A stretch of DNA of 64,000 nt from an uncultured Gammaproteobacteria bacterium (GTDB lineage: Bacteria > Patescibacteriota > Patescibacteriia > Magasanikbacterales > UBA922). The position numbers and the translations under genes are program-made. The stretch is from positions 274,111 to 338,110 of the forward strand of contig CAZQXB010000001.1 of NCBI GenBank assembly GCA_964597575.1, read 5' to 3'. Under the pieces are notes generated by a model that saw only the letters and a list, made by a program, of their open reading frames with translations, was not told the origin of the DNA and searched no databases. Positions 18,097 to 30,142 of the stretch are shown piece by piece. How positions within the stretch are numbered: position 1 is the stretch's first letter; each line of letters begins with the position of its first letter.

Positions 18097-19023
18097 ATGT
18101 ATCACGTCCTCCTCTTCTACAAGCTGTGCAAAGTCGCGAATCCTGATCGCGAAGTTTTAATTCAAAAAGAAGTCTGTAAAGCCCTCGGGCTTACTGGCAG
18201 AATTTTGATTGCAGAATATGGAATTAATGGTACGGTTGGAGGAAGCAAAGAAGCCGTTGCTCAGTACCGCGCGTATATGGACGCCACTCGTCCGTGGCAA
18301 AATATTGATTGGAAAGAGAGTGTAAGTGACGTGGTACCATTCCCACGGTTGCGAGTGCGGGTGCGTGACGAAATTATTACAACCGGTGCGAAAGATATGG
18401 TCACTGGCGCGTGTGCGAGAGCTCGCCATGTATCTCGAGATACATTTCATGACTGGCTCGTGAAAGGCGAAGACATGGTCATTCTCGATATGCGCAATGA
18501 CTATGAGTGGGAAATTGGACGTTTTGTAAACTCAGTTCGTCCACCTATGAAATTTTTTCGTGAACTGAAAGATCATATCGAGTGGTATAAAGAAAACTTT
18601 ATTGGGAAAAAAGTAGTAACCTTTTGTACCGGGGGTATTCGTTGTGAACCAGCGACAGCCTTTTTACTTCAACATGGTTTTGATCCGAAAAATTTATATC
18701 AACTCGAGGGGGGTATTGTGAAGTACGCAGAAAAATATGGAAACGATGGTTTCTATGAAGGGAAGTGCTTTGTGTTTGATGACCGTATTGCGGTGCCAGT
18801 AAATACCAGCGAAACCGCCGTGATTGTAGGTTCGTGCAAACACTGCAAAACAAAAAATGATACATATCGTAACTGTGCCAATAAAGAATGTAATGCACTT
18901 TTTTTGGCATGTGATGCTTGTAATAGCACCCTCATGAATACCTGCAGTGAGGTATGTAAAGGCGTGATTGTACTAGATAAGACCGCTATTCGACCAGTTA
19001 GCCAGACAATGACATTAGGTTGA
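18097..19023 (+). CDS. trhO: Rhodanese-domain tRNA U34 hydroxylase TrhO (UPF0176/YceA family)
   Basis: GRILIAEYGINGT, DMRNDYE, FCTGGIRCE, LEGGIVKY, GKCFVFDDR, Cys-rich tail. Confidence 0.88.
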   Translation: MYHVLLFYKLCKVANPDREVLIQKEVCKALGLTGRILIAEYGINGTVGGSKEAVAQYRAYMDATRPWQNIDWKESVSDVVPFPRLRVRVRDEIITTGAKDMVTGACARARHVSRDTFHDWLVKGEDMVILDMRNDYEWEIGRFVNSVRPPMKFFRELKDHIEWYKENFIGKKVVTFCTGGIRCEPATAFLLQHGFDPKNLYQLEGGIVKYAEKYGNDGFYEGKCFVFDDRIAVPVNTSETAVIVGSCKHCKTKNDTYRNCANKECNALFLACDACNSTLMNTCSEVCKGVIVLDKTAIRPVSQTMTLG

Positions 19024-19057
19024 CAAAATTCCCTAATTCCTATAGGGTAGAAACCCT

Positions 19058-19129
19058 ATGAGACAAAGAGAAAACAACATGATGATGTATATGATGGCGT
19101 TCGGAATGCTGGAGTTTTTTGCTGCATAG
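19058..19129 (+). CDS. Putative Met leader peptide MRQRENNMMMYMMAFGMLEFFAA
   Basis: TTGACA(19020)-17-TAGGGT promoter; 7 ATG in 23 codons, 5 of 6 consecutive codons at 19079-19096. Confidence 0.8.
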   Translation: MRQRENNMMMYMMAFGMLEFFAA

Positions 19130-19186
19130 TTTACTTGAAACGCAGAAAAGCACTCCAGCCTTCACTCGAAGGCCTTTTGTTTTTTT
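19104..19186 (+). promoter_or_regulatory. Antiterminator/terminator attenuator
   Basis: 19104-19125 pairs with 19142-19163; terminator GCCTTC-ACTC-GAAGGC (19158-19173) followed by CTTTTGTTTTTTT. Confidence 0.8.
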
Positions 19187-19194
19187 AGGGTTAT

Positions 19195-19983
19195 ATGTTT
19201 GTTACGATCATTAACGATTGTCGCGATGCGAATGCATTTGGGAGGCAGGGGACGCGGGTAGCTGCTCTTTTTGGTGCACCAATAACGTTGGTTGGTGTCG
19301 AGAATGATTTGGCTGCAGCCGGGAATTTAATTGATGTGCTTGATGCAGGTATGGGAGAAGAGGGGGTTGTGCTTGTGAATGTGGCACCCCGCCACGGAGA
19401 GGCAAAAAAACATGAAAATGGCACACCGTTTGGTTTTTTTTGGTACAAGAAAACACTGATTGTGGCTTCGGTTGACGGGGCGACGGTGGCGCTGGCGAAC
19501 CATCTTGGCCTTGTGAGTGATTTTCAGGTAACGGATATGAGGGAGGTTTTACAGTGGGCTGCGGCAAAGGGATTGATGTCTGAAGAAGATGCTCGAAGAA
19601 TTACCAAAACTCAGTTTCGGAGTTTTGAATATATTCCGCGTTTAGCATTTTGGGTGTGGCAAAAACAGGCGGTTCCTACCACTCCGTATGTGTTTCCTCC
19701 CTGTGATATTGCAGGAAGAATTTGGCAGATCGATAATTTTGGTAACTGCAAAACAACGACTCTCCCTGAAGAAATTAATTTTCCTGAAGGAAAAAGCGTT
19801 GCAACAAGTACTGGCGACACCGTCGCATATGCCCGTCTTAAGGATGTGCCAAACCACGAGCAGGCTCTCGTTATTGGAAGTTCTGGTATTGGAGAAAGGC
19901 GATTTGTTGAATTGGTGATTCAAGGGGGAAATGCCGCGGGGGCTACTGGGCTTAAGCAGGGTGATAAACTCTTTTTTTCGTAA
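19195..19983 (+). CDS. SAM hydroxide adenosyltransferase / SAM-dependent halogenase family (DUF62)
   Basis: VTIIND, VNVAPR, TQFRS, GRIWQIDNFGNCKT, VIGSSG..VELVIQGGNAA...GLKQGD pattern. Confidence 0.8.
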   Translation: MFVTIINDCRDANAFGRQGTRVAALFGAPITLVGVENDLAAAGNLIDVLDAGMGEEGVVLVNVAPRHGEAKKHENGTPFGFFWYKKTLIVASVDGATVALANHLGLVSDFQVTDMREVLQWAAAKGLMSEEDARRITKTQFRSFEYIPRLAFWVWQKQAVPTTPYVFPPCDIAGRIWQIDNFGNCKTTTLPEEINFPEGKSVATSTGDTVAYARLKDVPNHEQALVIGSSGIGERRFVELVIQGGNAAGATGLKQGDKLFFS

Positions 19984-20013
19984 CGTACCAAATACTTTAG
20001 GTAAAAAAGAAAC

Positions 20014-20042
20014 AAAAAATCCGGCTACTGGCCGGATTTTTT
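20014..20042. terminator. Bidirectional terminator
   Basis: AAAAAATCCGGC/GCCGGATTTTTT. Confidence 0.85.
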
Positions 20043-20048
20043 GATGAA

Positions 20049-20291
20049 TTACATTGTTACTTTTGAACCTTTTTTCTGCATTTCTTTGATGAAGGCAAAG
20101 GCCCCTTTTTTCTTCAGAGTACGAAGTGCACGAGTTGAGATCATGACTTTGATTGTCTTTTTGAGCTCAGGAATGAAAACTGATTTTTTTTGTAAGTTTG
20201 CGTACAAGCGGCGTTTGGTTTTCACCTTTGAGTGAGAAACGTTATTGCCGACGATCGTTTTCTTTCCGGTTAAATCGCATTTTCCAGCCAT
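20049..20291 (-). CDS. rpmB: 50S ribosomal protein L28
   Basis: CDLTGKK..GNNVSHSKVKTKRR..NLQ. Confidence 0.96.
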   Translation of the reverse strand: MAGKCDLTGKKTIVGNNVSHSKVKTKRRLYANLQKKSVFIPELKKTIKVMISTRALRTLKKKGAFAFIKEMQKKGSKVTM

Positions 20292-20407
20292 AGTAAGGGG
20301 GTTTCTAGATTATTTAGAGGGGCGTGGTATACTTGAAACCAAAGCGCAGGACCTCTGCAAAGATGCCAGCATAATACCCTAGACACATTGTTTTGTCAAG
20401 TTTCACT

Positions 20408-21007
20408 ATGGATCTCCTTCTTTTTTACCTCATCATTGTTCCGTCAGCCATTCTTCATGAATATATGCATGGCTGGATGGCTGAACGCCTCGGCGACCCA
20501 ACGGCCCGATATGCCGGACGCCTAACCCTCAATCCGTTAGCTCATATTGACCCTATCGGCACAGTTCTTTTACCTCTTCTTCTTATACCCACAGGGATTC
20601 TTTTTGCCTACGCGAAGCCGGTTCCCTATAATCCGTATAATTTACGGAATCAGCGATTTGGCCCGGTGGCAGTGGCACTCGCAGGCCCATTCGCAAATGT
20701 GGTTTTGGCCCTTGTGTTTGGGTATATGGTCCGTATGGGTATTGGGGGTACGGCCACCGAAGCATTCGGGCTTATTGCCTATGCGAATGTGATGCTCTTT
20801 GTGTTTAACTTGGTACCTATTCCGCCTCTCGATGGGTCAAAGGTGCTTCTCGCACTTATTCCGGATGCCCTGTGGCGCCTCCGTCAGCTTCTTGAACAAT
20901 ATGGTTTTATTCTGCTTATCGCGTTTATCTTCTTCTTTTCTAGTGCGCTAAGTCCCATCGTAGAATTTTTGTATCAGCTCATTGTAGGTACCCCTTCTTT
21001 ATTCTAG
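20408..21007 (+). CDS. Site-2 protease (M50)
   Basis: HEYMH, GRLTLNP, AGP, FNLVPIPPLDG. Confidence 0.93.
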   Translation: MDLLLFYLIIVPSAILHEYMHGWMAERLGDPTARYAGRLTLNPLAHIDPIGTVLLPLLLIPTGILFAYAKPVPYNPYNLRNQRFGPVAVALAGPFANVVLALVFGYMVRMGIGGTATEAFGLIAYANVMLFVFNLVPIPPLDGSKVLLALIPDALWRLRQLLEQYGFILLIAFIFFFSSALSPIVEFLYQLIVGTPSLF

Positions 21008-21163
21008 GGCTAATGGTATTGACAAATTTGCTTCTTTTTTGCTATACTTTTTCTCGCTTTGTCTGAAAATACTCCAAGTAGAGTGCGTCAGACTTAGTAA
21101 GGAGAATGTATCGTGACTAATCTCGTGACAAGAAGACTTCAGTTCCTCATAGGCGTTGATAGC

Positions 21164-21318
21164 TTGACAAAAACATCCTCCTTCGCTATACTCTCCACAC
21201 AATGGTTTTAGAACGGAGTAATCCGCCTTTCGGCGGGTGAAGCGTTATCGCCTCGTGCGAACGCCGTTCGGGATATCTTTTCTTCTAGAATTGGCCCGAA
21301 TGGGGCCATTTTATTTTT
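21164..21318 (+). promoter_or_regulatory. str operon promoter and structured leader ending in a terminator-like hairpin
   Basis: TTGACA-17-TATACT; multi-hairpin leader; TGGCCC/GGGCCA followed by TTTTATTTTT. Confidence 0.6.
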
Positions 21319-21337
21319 AATATTTGTTGGACAACCT

Positions 21338-21757
21338 ATGCCAACCATGAACCAGATGCTCCGCAAGGGTCGTCAGGCGGTGAAGACCAAGTCAAAGTCG
21401 CCAGCCTTGCAGTACACCTACGATAGTTTGCATCGCAAACGCACTGACCTGCGTCGCGGAAGCCCATTTAAACGTGGGGTATGTACGAAGGTATATACCA
21501 CGACTCCAAAGAAACCGAACTCAGCGCTTCGTAAAGTTGCCAAAGTTCGTCTTTCAAATGGGGCTGAAATTATCGCCTACATTCCAGGTGAAGGACACAA
21601 TTTGCAAGAACACTCGATTGTTCTTATTCGCGGCGGTCGTGTAAAAGACTTGCCAGGTGTGCGCTACCACATTGTGCGTGGCGTGTATGATACTCAGGGT
21701 GTCTCGGATCGTCGCCGAGGTCGCTCACTCTACGGCGCGAAGCGTCCGAAGAAATAA
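21338..21757 (+). CDS. rpsL: 30S ribosomal protein S12
   Basis: [23 protein letters not shown]. Confidence 0.99.
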   Translation: MPTMNQMLRKGRQAVKTKSKSPALQYTYDSLHRKRTDLRRGSPFKRGVCTKVYTTTPKKPNSALRKVAKVRLSNGAEIIAYIPGEGHNLQEHSIVLIRGGRVKDLPGVRYHIVRGVYDTQGVSDRRRGRSLYGAKRPKK

Positions 21758-21769
21758 ACCCTTCTTTAT

Positions 21770-22249
21770 ATGGCTCGCGGAAGATATATTCCAAAACGTG
21801 TCGTCGCCCCTGATCCAAAATATCGGAGCGAACTTGTCGCAAAATTTACGAACATGGTCATGGAAGCGGGAAAGAAAACCGTAGCACAAGCAATTGTGTA
21901 CCATGCTATGGAACATCTTGAAGAAAAGAAAAAAGGCAATGCACTGAAATTGTTTGAACAGGTTATTGAAACCGTTAAACCACAGGTGGAAGTTCGTTCT
22001 CGCCGTGTTGGTGGTGCAAACTACCAAGTGCCGCTTCCTGTACCAAGTCATCGTCAGAATGCTTTGGCATTCCGCTGGATTATTGAAGCTGCTCGCGGAC
22101 GAAAAGGCCGCACGATGGCTGAACGTCTTTCTCAGGAATTCGTTGATATTATCGATGGCGTCGGTGGTGCATTGAAAAAGAAAGAAGATGTGCACCGCAT
22201 GGCTGAAGCTAACAAGGCTTTTGCGCATTTTGCTCGCTTTACTCGCTAA
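21770..22249 (+). CDS. rpsG: 30S ribosomal protein S7
   Basis: RRVGGANYQVP, HRMAEANKAFAHF. Confidence 0.99.
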   Translation: MARGRYIPKRVVAPDPKYRSELVAKFTNMVMEAGKKTVAQAIVYHAMEHLEEKKKGNALKLFEQVIETVKPQVEVRSRRVGGANYQVPLPVPSHRQNALAFRWIIEAARGRKGRTMAERLSQEFVDIIDGVGGALKKKEDVHRMAEANKAFAHFARFTR

Positions 22250-22333
22250 TCTCTTTTTTCGCTGTCAGACATTTTTACGGAAAGTACTTTCTGTAAAAAA
22301 TACTGAGCCGAAAAAGAAGAACTACATTATTCT

Positions 22334-24409
22334 ATGCCTCGAGAATATTCTCTCGAAAAAACCCGTAATATTGGGATCATGGCCCATATTGATGCGGGCA
22401 AAACCACGACCTCTGAGCGTATTCTTTTCTATACCGGAAAGAAACACAAAATCGGGGAAGTGCATGAAGGGGAAGCTACGATGGACTGGATGGAACAAGA
22501 ACGTGAACGTGGTATTACGATTACCTCAGCTGCGACCACTTGTTTCTGGAAAGACTATCGTATTAACCTTATCGATACTCCAGGGCACGTAGACTTTACC
22601 GTTGAGGTAGAGCGCTCACTTCGTGTACTCGACGGTGCGGTAGCTGCATTCGACGGATCACAAGGTGTTGAGCCACAGTCAGAAACCGTATGGCGCCAAG
22701 CCGACAAGTACCATGTGCCTCGTATTTGTTTTGCGAACAAAATGGATAAAATGGGCGCAGACTTTTACATGACACTTGATTCGATCCAAGAACGTCTTTC
22801 AAAGAACGCCGTTGCGATTCAACTTCCTATCGGAGAAGAATCGAGCTTTAGTGGTTTGGTTGACCTTGTTCAAGAAAAAGCATTTAAGTTTGAGGGAGAT
22901 CATGGAATTAATATTGTTGAAATTCCAATTCCTGAAGACATGAAAGCAAAAGTTGCTGATTTTCGTAGCAAACTTCTTGAAAAGGTAGCTGAAGCAAACG
23001 AAACACTCACTAACAAATATCTTGAAACTAACTCACTTACTGTTGAAGAAATTCGCGCAGGTATTCGTGAGATGGTATTGACCGACCGTATTTATCCGGT
23101 GATGTGTGGATCGGCTTTGGGAAATATCGGTGTTCAGCTGGTTCTTGATGCGGTTATTTACTACCTCCCATCTCCACTCGACAAGCCATCAATGGTGGCA
23201 AATGATCCGGATGATGTGGAAAAGCATATCGATGTAAAAATCGACGATAAAGAGCCCTTCGTTGGTTTAGCGTTTAAGATCGCGAGTGATCCTTTCGTTG
23301 GAAAACTGGTCTTTTTCCGCGTGTACTCTGGAACGTTGGCTGCCGGTAGTTACGTTCTTAATACCGTTACTGGTGAAAAAGAACGTATCGGACGTATCGT
23401 TCGTTTGCATGCAAACTCACGTGAAGATGTGCAGGAAGTATATGCCGGAGAAATTGCAGCGGCGATTGGTTTGAAGAATGTTCGAACGGGTCATACCATT
23501 TGCGATGAAAAACGTCCTGTCGTTCTTGAGTCAATGTCATTTCCTGAGCCGGTTATTCACATTGCGATTGAACCAAAAACCAAAGCCGACCAAGAAAAAA
23601 TGGGTATGGCGATGCAGAAACTCGCAGAAGAAGATCCGACGTTCAAAATTCACACAGATCAAGAAACGCTTCAGACAATTATTTCAGGAATGGGAGAACT
23701 TCACCTCGATATTATCGTTGACCGCATGAAACGCGAATACGGTGTTGGGGCAAACGTTGGTGCGCCTCAAGTTGCGTATAAAGAAACCATTCGTGGTTCA
23801 GCTGAAGCCGAAGGTAAATACATTAAGCAGTCTGGTGGTCGTGGACAATACGGTCATTGCTGGCTTAAAGTGGAACCACTTGAAACCGGAAAAGGATTTG
23901 AGTTCGTGGAAGAAATTAAAGGTGGTGCAATTCCTCGTGAATTTATTCCAGCGATTGAAAAAGGTATTAAAGAATCACTTACCAAAGGTGTGGTTGCTGG
24001 ATACCCACTCGTGGATGTAAAAGCAACTGTATTCGACGGTACATACCATGATGTTGATTCGTCTGAGGTTGCCTTTAAGATGGCAGGTTCTATGGCCTTC
24101 CAGGATGCGTGTAAGAAAGCGCAGCCAGTCCTTCTTGAGCCGATCATGAAGATCGAGGTAACCACCCCAGAAGCAAACATGGGTGATGTTATTGGGGATC
24201 TTTCGTCAAAACGTGGTCAGATTCAGGAAATGACTGATCGTGGACAGAATAAAATTGTCCGCGCTCAGGTACCTCTCGCTGAACTCTTTGGATATGTGAC
24301 GAACCTTCGTTCGATTTCACAAGGTCGTGCGTCAGCAAGTATGGAATTCAGTCACTACGCTGAATGTCCAAAAAATGTTGAACAAAAAGTTGTTGAGGGG
24401 AAGAAGTAA
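22334..24409 (+). CDS. fusA: Elongation factor G
   Basis: [26 protein letters not shown]. Confidence 0.99.
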   Translation: MPREYSLEKTRNIGIMAHIDAGKTTTSERILFYTGKKHKIGEVHEGEATMDWMEQERERGITITSAATTCFWKDYRINLIDTPGHVDFTVEVERSLRVLDGAVAAFDGSQGVEPQSETVWRQADKYHVPRICFANKMDKMGADFYMTLDSIQERLSKNAVAIQLPIGEESSFSGLVDLVQEKAFKFEGDHGINIVEIPIPEDMKAKVADFRSKLLEKVAEANETLTNKYLETNSLTVEEIRAGIREMVLTDRIYPVMCGSALGNIGVQLVLDAVIYYLPSPLDKPSMVANDPDDVEKHIDVKIDDKEPFVGLAFKIASDPFVGKLVFFRVYSGTLAAGSYVLNTVTGEKERIGRIVRLHANSREDVQEVYAGEIAAAIGLKNVRTGHTICDEKRPVVLESMSFPEPVIHIAIEPKTKADQEKMGMAMQKLAEEDPTFKIHTDQETLQTIISGMGELHLDIIVDRMKREYGVGANVGAPQVAYKETIRGSAEAEGKYIKQSGGRGQYGHCWLKVEPLETGKGFEFVEEIKGGAIPREFIPAIEKGIKESLTKGVVAGYPLVDVKATVFDGTYHDVDSSEVAFKMAGSMAFQDACKKAQPVLLEPIMKIEVTTPEANMGDVIGDLSSKRGQIQEMTDRGQNKIVRAQVPLAELFGYVTNLRSISQGRASASMEFSHYAECPKNVEQKVVEGKK

Positions 24410-24430
24410 GATTAAATTATTTTCTCCAAT

Positions 24431-24462
24431 CAAACCCCCCGCAAAAAAGTGCGGGGGGTTTG
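24431..24462. terminator. Hairpin after fusA
   Basis: CAAACCCCCCGCA/TGCGGGGGGTTTG. Confidence 0.8.
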
Positions 24463-24499
24463 CGTTTATGTAAGGTTCCTTGGTACCATTGTAAAGAGT

Positions 24500-25243
24500 A
24501 TGAAATTCAACGTCCTTACTATTTTTCCAAATATTATTTCTCAGTACACCAATGAGACGATTTTAGGGCGTGCTCAAAAAAAGAATATTATTTCCGTGAA
24601 TCCCGTTTTTTTACGTGACTTTGCCGAAGGTCGCCACCGAAAAGTCGATGATACACCGTATGGCGGGGGAGCAGGAATGGTGATGAAGCCAGATTCTATT
24701 TATAAGGCCCTCCAATCGATTGACGCGATTCCGATGAAAAAAACGACTGGGCTCGCTCGACTGAAAAAAGTGTTCAATCCAAAAAAAAATAAAAAAAGAA
24801 CCGTGCTGTTATCTCCACGGGGTCGTCAGTTTAATCAACGTATTGCTGAAGACTGGTCAAAACTTTCCGAGATTACTTTTATTTGCGGTCGTTACGAAGG
24901 GGTTGATCAGCGAGTCGTTGATCACATGATCGATGAGGAAATTTCTGTCGGGCCATACGTCCTCGCAGGGGGAGAACTTGGTGCGCTCATTATTATTGAA
25001 GCCGTTTCCCGACTCCTTCCAGGAGTACTCGGCAATCCAGAATCACTCTCCGAAGAAACGTTTGGGGCTTCGGTCGTAGACAAAGAAACACTTGGTCGTG
25101 CAGATGTGAAACATGATGGTGCAGAGTACCCACAATATACGAAGCCCGTAGATTTTATGGGCCACAAAGTACCGGACGTTTTATTAAACGGAGATCATAA
25201 AAAAATCGCCGCGTGGCGGGAGGCGAGTGCAAAAAAAATATGA
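24500..25243 (+). CDS. trmD: tRNA (guanine-N1)-methyltransferase TrmD
   Basis: VDDTPYGGGAGMV, CGRYEGVDQR, GPYVLAGGE, EYPQYTKP. Confidence 0.97.
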   Translation: MKFNVLTIFPNIISQYTNETILGRAQKKNIISVNPVFLRDFAEGRHRKVDDTPYGGGAGMVMKPDSIYKALQSIDAIPMKKTTGLARLKKVFNPKKNKKRTVLLSPRGRQFNQRIAEDWSKLSEITFICGRYEGVDQRVVDHMIDEEISVGPYVLAGGELGALIIIEAVSRLLPGVLGNPESLSEETFGASVVDKETLGRADVKHDGAEYPQYTKPVDFMGHKVPDVLLNGDHKKIAAWREASAKKI

Positions 25244-25623
25244 ACTACGAAGCAAGAAACGGACCTTTCGCTACGCCTGAGGCTGAAGAAACAACCGAGA
25301 GAATTATTTCTCCTCGGGAGCGTATTGATGCAGGGTATTTACAGATGATTCATCGGGAAGCTGCTCTTTTGGCGAGCGTTCTTCGTGAACATGGGTGGAA
25401 CAAGGAAAAGTATGAAAATTTTGTTGCTCAAAAAGATTTTTTGGCAGCCATTTTTTTCCTTGGAGATCAATCCGATATTGTGCTTAAAACAGTCTCCGCC
25501 CTTAGTAAAAAGTTAAATACCATAGAGCTCTTACCAGAAGATAGGGTGTGGTGTTTCGAATTATTTAGTGAACTGGTATCAAACGGGATTCGTGATGATG
25601 AGGATACCTTGGTTGATGGGTAA
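25240..25623 (+). CDS. Hypothetical protein
   Basis: ATGA overlap with trmD stop; host-like composition. Confidence 0.55.
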   Translation: MNYEARNGPFATPEAEETTERIISPRERIDAGYLQMIHREAALLASVLREHGWNKEKYENFVAQKDFLAAIFFLGDQSDIVLKTVSALSKKLNTIELLPEDRVWCFELFSELVSNGIRDDEDTLVDG

Positions 25624-25639
25624 TTTGAGAAGATTAAAG

Positions 25640-25698
25640 TTATCCCCAATTATCCACAGATGACTGCCCTTGACAGTGGGTACAAACGCATATACAAT
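25640..25698 (+). promoter_or_regulatory. Tandem DnaA boxes plus rRNA promoter
   Basis: TTATCCCCA, TTATCCACA, then TTGACA-17-TACAAT. Confidence 0.7.
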
Positions 25699-25971
25699 GC
25701 TCCTGCAATTACCTCCCTACTATCCAATTGAATCTCCTCTCAAGTCTGGACAGATACTGAGAAGAAAAAAGAGAAACTGAAAATTCGGTTCCTCTTTTTT
25801 CTTTCTTAGGCCTTATAAGCCACAGAAAGATGCTCGTGACAATTCGTAATACAACCATACATTAGAGTAAGGTTTCACAAGATATATGTGACAAGTGACG
25901 AAGATCACCCTTCGGGGTTTGGTCTTTGGAACGTCTATTCTAAAACCATGTTTCATGAGACTGAAACATGT

Positions 25972-27506
<1,535 letters not shown>

Positions 27507-27641
27507 GGAGTCACTCGCTCGGAAGAGCGTGACCATCATCTTCACCTGAATCTTGATTCAGGATGAAATTAGCAATCAGAATACCGTTCCACGTCCTTGT
27601 CACATACATCCGGTGAAATTACTCTAAAAGTATAATGAAAT

Positions 27642-27667
27642 CATCTCTCCTTAGGGGGAGATGTTTT
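27642..27667 (+). terminator. Terminator after 16S
   Basis: CATCTCTCC/GGGGAGATG followed by TTTT. Confidence 0.75.
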
Positions 27668-27732
27668 AATTATATGGCTTGACTGTCTTTTTCTTTTTTC
27701 GTTATACTTCAATTTCACTTACCAATTCTTGT

Positions 27733-28320
27733 ATGTCCTTTGAGCGCCTTATCCGACTCGCACAAAAAACCGGCCACACCCTCATTGTTCATGATCCGAT
27801 TCAAGGACGGGACGTGGTGCTTGTTTCGGTTGATGAATATGAAGAATTGCTTTCAGGAAGAGAGCGGGAAAAAGAGCTTCAAGAAGCTGTGCGTCAGTCC
27901 CTTGTTCCCACCTGGCAAGAGCAGGTGTTTGTGCCAGACGTACCACCTCCTCCGCCAATGCCGCCAGTTGTTGATCCAGATACGGATATTCCGCCGCTTC
28001 GGGAGTATGAGTTCTCTTCTCATGAAGAGGAAAAAGACGACACTTCTCTTTTGGAAGGCGATGAGGAGGACCTCGGGGATTTGTTTGAAGAAGAAAAAGA
28101 AAAAACCGAAAAAACGACTATTGAGAGGAGCGTATCTGCGGAAGCCGCACCAGGATGGAATTCTTTAGGTGCTATAGCCCGACAACGTTTTCAAAGTGGA
28201 GCGTGGATGCGAGGGGAGAGGGAGCGTTTAGCCGATGAGGTATTTGCCCCAAAACAAACTGAAAAAAAGAGCGATGAAGAGGGGGAAGAACCCATTTTTT
28301 ACGAAGAGCCGGTGGGCTAA
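27733..28320 (+). CDS. Hypothetical protein; short folded N-terminus and acidic/Pro-rich disordered tail
   Basis: Own TTGACT/TATACT promoter; ends EEPIFYEEPVG. Confidence 0.7.
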   Translation: MSFERLIRLAQKTGHTLIVHDPIQGRDVVLVSVDEYEELLSGREREKELQEAVRQSLVPTWQEQVFVPDVPPPPPMPPVVDPDTDIPPLREYEFSSHEEEKDDTSLLEGDEEDLGDLFEEEKEKTEKTTIERSVSAEAAPGWNSLGAIARQRFQSGAWMRGERERLADEVFAPKQTEKKSDEEGEEPIFYEEPVG

Positions 28321-28502
28321 AAGTTATCCCCGAAAATTCCACAGGCACAGGGCTTGACGACTGTAAAAAAATACCGTATACTCCTCGTTACATGAAGTTA
28401 GTCTTCGTGTATCTATTTTAGTTAATTATTTCTAATTTTCGGTCCCGCTGGACAACAAAACTCCTTTTGACCATTCAAAAGGGTGCGGGCGAACGTATTG
28501 GT

Positions 28503-29690
28503 ATGACAGAATTTCAACGTGTAAAGCCACACGTGAACGTGGGAACTATTGGTCACGTTGACCATGGTAAAACCACCACAACTGCTGCAATTCTTAAGGT
28601 TGCCGCAGCGCAGGGTTTGACTGCGGACGTGCAGGATGTAAATGCGCTCGATAAAGCGCCAGAATCAAAGGCGCGTGGTATTACCATCGCAACCGCACAC
28701 GTAGAATACGAAACCGCAAATCGTCATTACGCTCACGTTGATTGTCCAGGGCATGCGGACTATGTGAAGAACATGATCACTGGTGCCGCTCAGATGGACG
28801 GCGCCATTCTCGTAGTTTCAGCTGCTGACGGCCCAATGCCTCAGACTCGTGAACATATCCTTCTTTCACGCCAGGTAGGTGTACCATACATTATCGTGTA
28901 CATGAACAAGATCGACATGGTGTCAGATCCAGAACTTGCTGATCTTGTTGAGGCTGAAATTCGTGATCTTTTGAACAAATACGGCTTCCCTGGTGACACC
29001 ACTCCAATTATCCGTGGTTCATCAATCAAAGCTCTTGAAAACCCAACAGATCCAGAAGCGGCAAAACCAATTTTGGAATTGTTGAAAACTCTTGATGAGT
29101 ATATTCCAGAACCAGTTCGTGACCTCGACAAACCCCTCCTTATGCCGATTGAAGACGTGTTTTCAATCGAAGGTCGTGGTACGGTTGTTACCGGTCGTAT
29201 TGAACGTGGTATTGTGAAGATCGGCGACACCATCGAAATCGTTGGGGTACGCGACACACAAACTACAACGGTGACTGGTGTCGAAATGTTTAACAAATCT
29301 CTTGGTCAAGGTCAGGCTGGAGACAACGCTGGTATCCTTCTTCGTGGTACGAAGAAAGAAGACGTTGAACGTGGTATGGTTATTGCGAAACCTGGTTCAA
29401 TTAAACCTCACACAGAAATTGAAGCTGAAGTGTACGCCCTCACGAAAGATGAAGGTGGTCGTCATAAACCATTCTTCAACGGCTATAAACCTCAGTTTTA
29501 CATCCGCACCACGGACGTAACTGGTGATGTTACTCTTCCAGAAGGAACTGAAATGATGATGCCTGGTGACACTGCAAACTTGAAGATCAAGCTCATCGTA
29601 CCAGTTGCGATTGAAGAAAAAATGCGCTTCGCTATCCGCGAAGGTGGCCGCACTGTAGGTGCCGGCGTCGTTACCAAAATTATCAACTAA
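28503..29690 (+). CDS. tuf: Elongation factor Tu
   Basis: [29 protein letters not shown]; TTGACG-17-TATACT promoter at 28354-28382. Confidence 0.99.
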   Translation: MTEFQRVKPHVNVGTIGHVDHGKTTTTAAILKVAAAQGLTADVQDVNALDKAPESKARGITIATAHVEYETANRHYAHVDCPGHADYVKNMITGAAQMDGAILVVSAADGPMPQTREHILLSRQVGVPYIIVYMNKIDMVSDPELADLVEAEIRDLLNKYGFPGDTTPIIRGSSIKALENPTDPEAAKPILELLKTLDEYIPEPVRDLDKPLLMPIEDVFSIEGRGTVVTGRIERGIVKIGDTIEIVGVRDTQTTTVTGVEMFNKSLGQGQAGDNAGILLRGTKKEDVERGMVIAKPGSIKPHTEIEAEVYALTKDEGGRHKPFFNGYKPQFYIRTTDVTGDVTLPEGTEMMMPGDTANLKIKLIVPVAIEEKMRFAIREGGRTVGAGVVTKIIN

Positions 29691-29741
29691 TACCAACTTT
29701 TAGAGGAGGGGGGATTTCCCCCTCCTCTTGTTCTTTGATCT

Positions 29742-30110
29742 ATGGCCACCACTGCAACAAAAAATGTAAAACAGGTAAAAGTTGAACAGGATGCTGAGGG
29801 GGCAGGTCCAAAAATTCGCGTGAAGATCTCAGCCTACGACAGTAAAATTATCGATATTGCGACAAAAACCATTATCGATACGGCTGAACGTAATAATGCG
29901 AAGGTTGTTGGCCCAGTACCATTGCCAACCGAGATCCGTAAATACAGTGTGAACCGCTCAACGTTCGTTCACCGCACAGCGGCTGAACAGTATGAAATGC
30001 GTACGCATAAGCGTCTCATTGATATTGTGAATCCAAACCAAAAGGTGATTGATGCGTTGGGAAGTTTAAACCTTCCAAGCGGGGTAGATGTAGAGATCAA
30101 AATGATCTAA
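29742..30110 (+). CDS. rpsJ: 30S ribosomal protein S10
   Basis: GPVPLPT, EQYEMRTHKRLIDI. Confidence 0.98.
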   Translation: MATTATKNVKQVKVEQDAEGAGPKIRVKISAYDSKIIDIATKTIIDTAERNNAKVVGPVPLPTEIRKYSVNRSTFVHRTAAEQYEMRTHKRLIDIVNPNQKVIDALGSLNLPSGVDVEIKMI

Positions 30111-30142
30111 ATTGAGGGAAGAAAGGAGAGGGGAAGAGCCCC

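Noticed and set aside
19058-19190. SAM riboswitch or T-box upstream of the DUF62 gene
   Set aside because: No SAM-I AUC..GAG/GAU core and no T-box UGGNACC bulge; the Met-codon uORF explains the layout
25947-25970. parS-like palindrome CATGTTTCA-TGAGAC-TGAAACATG
   Set aside because: The spacer is 6 nt rather than the 2 nt of parS; it is more likely an rRNA leader hairpin
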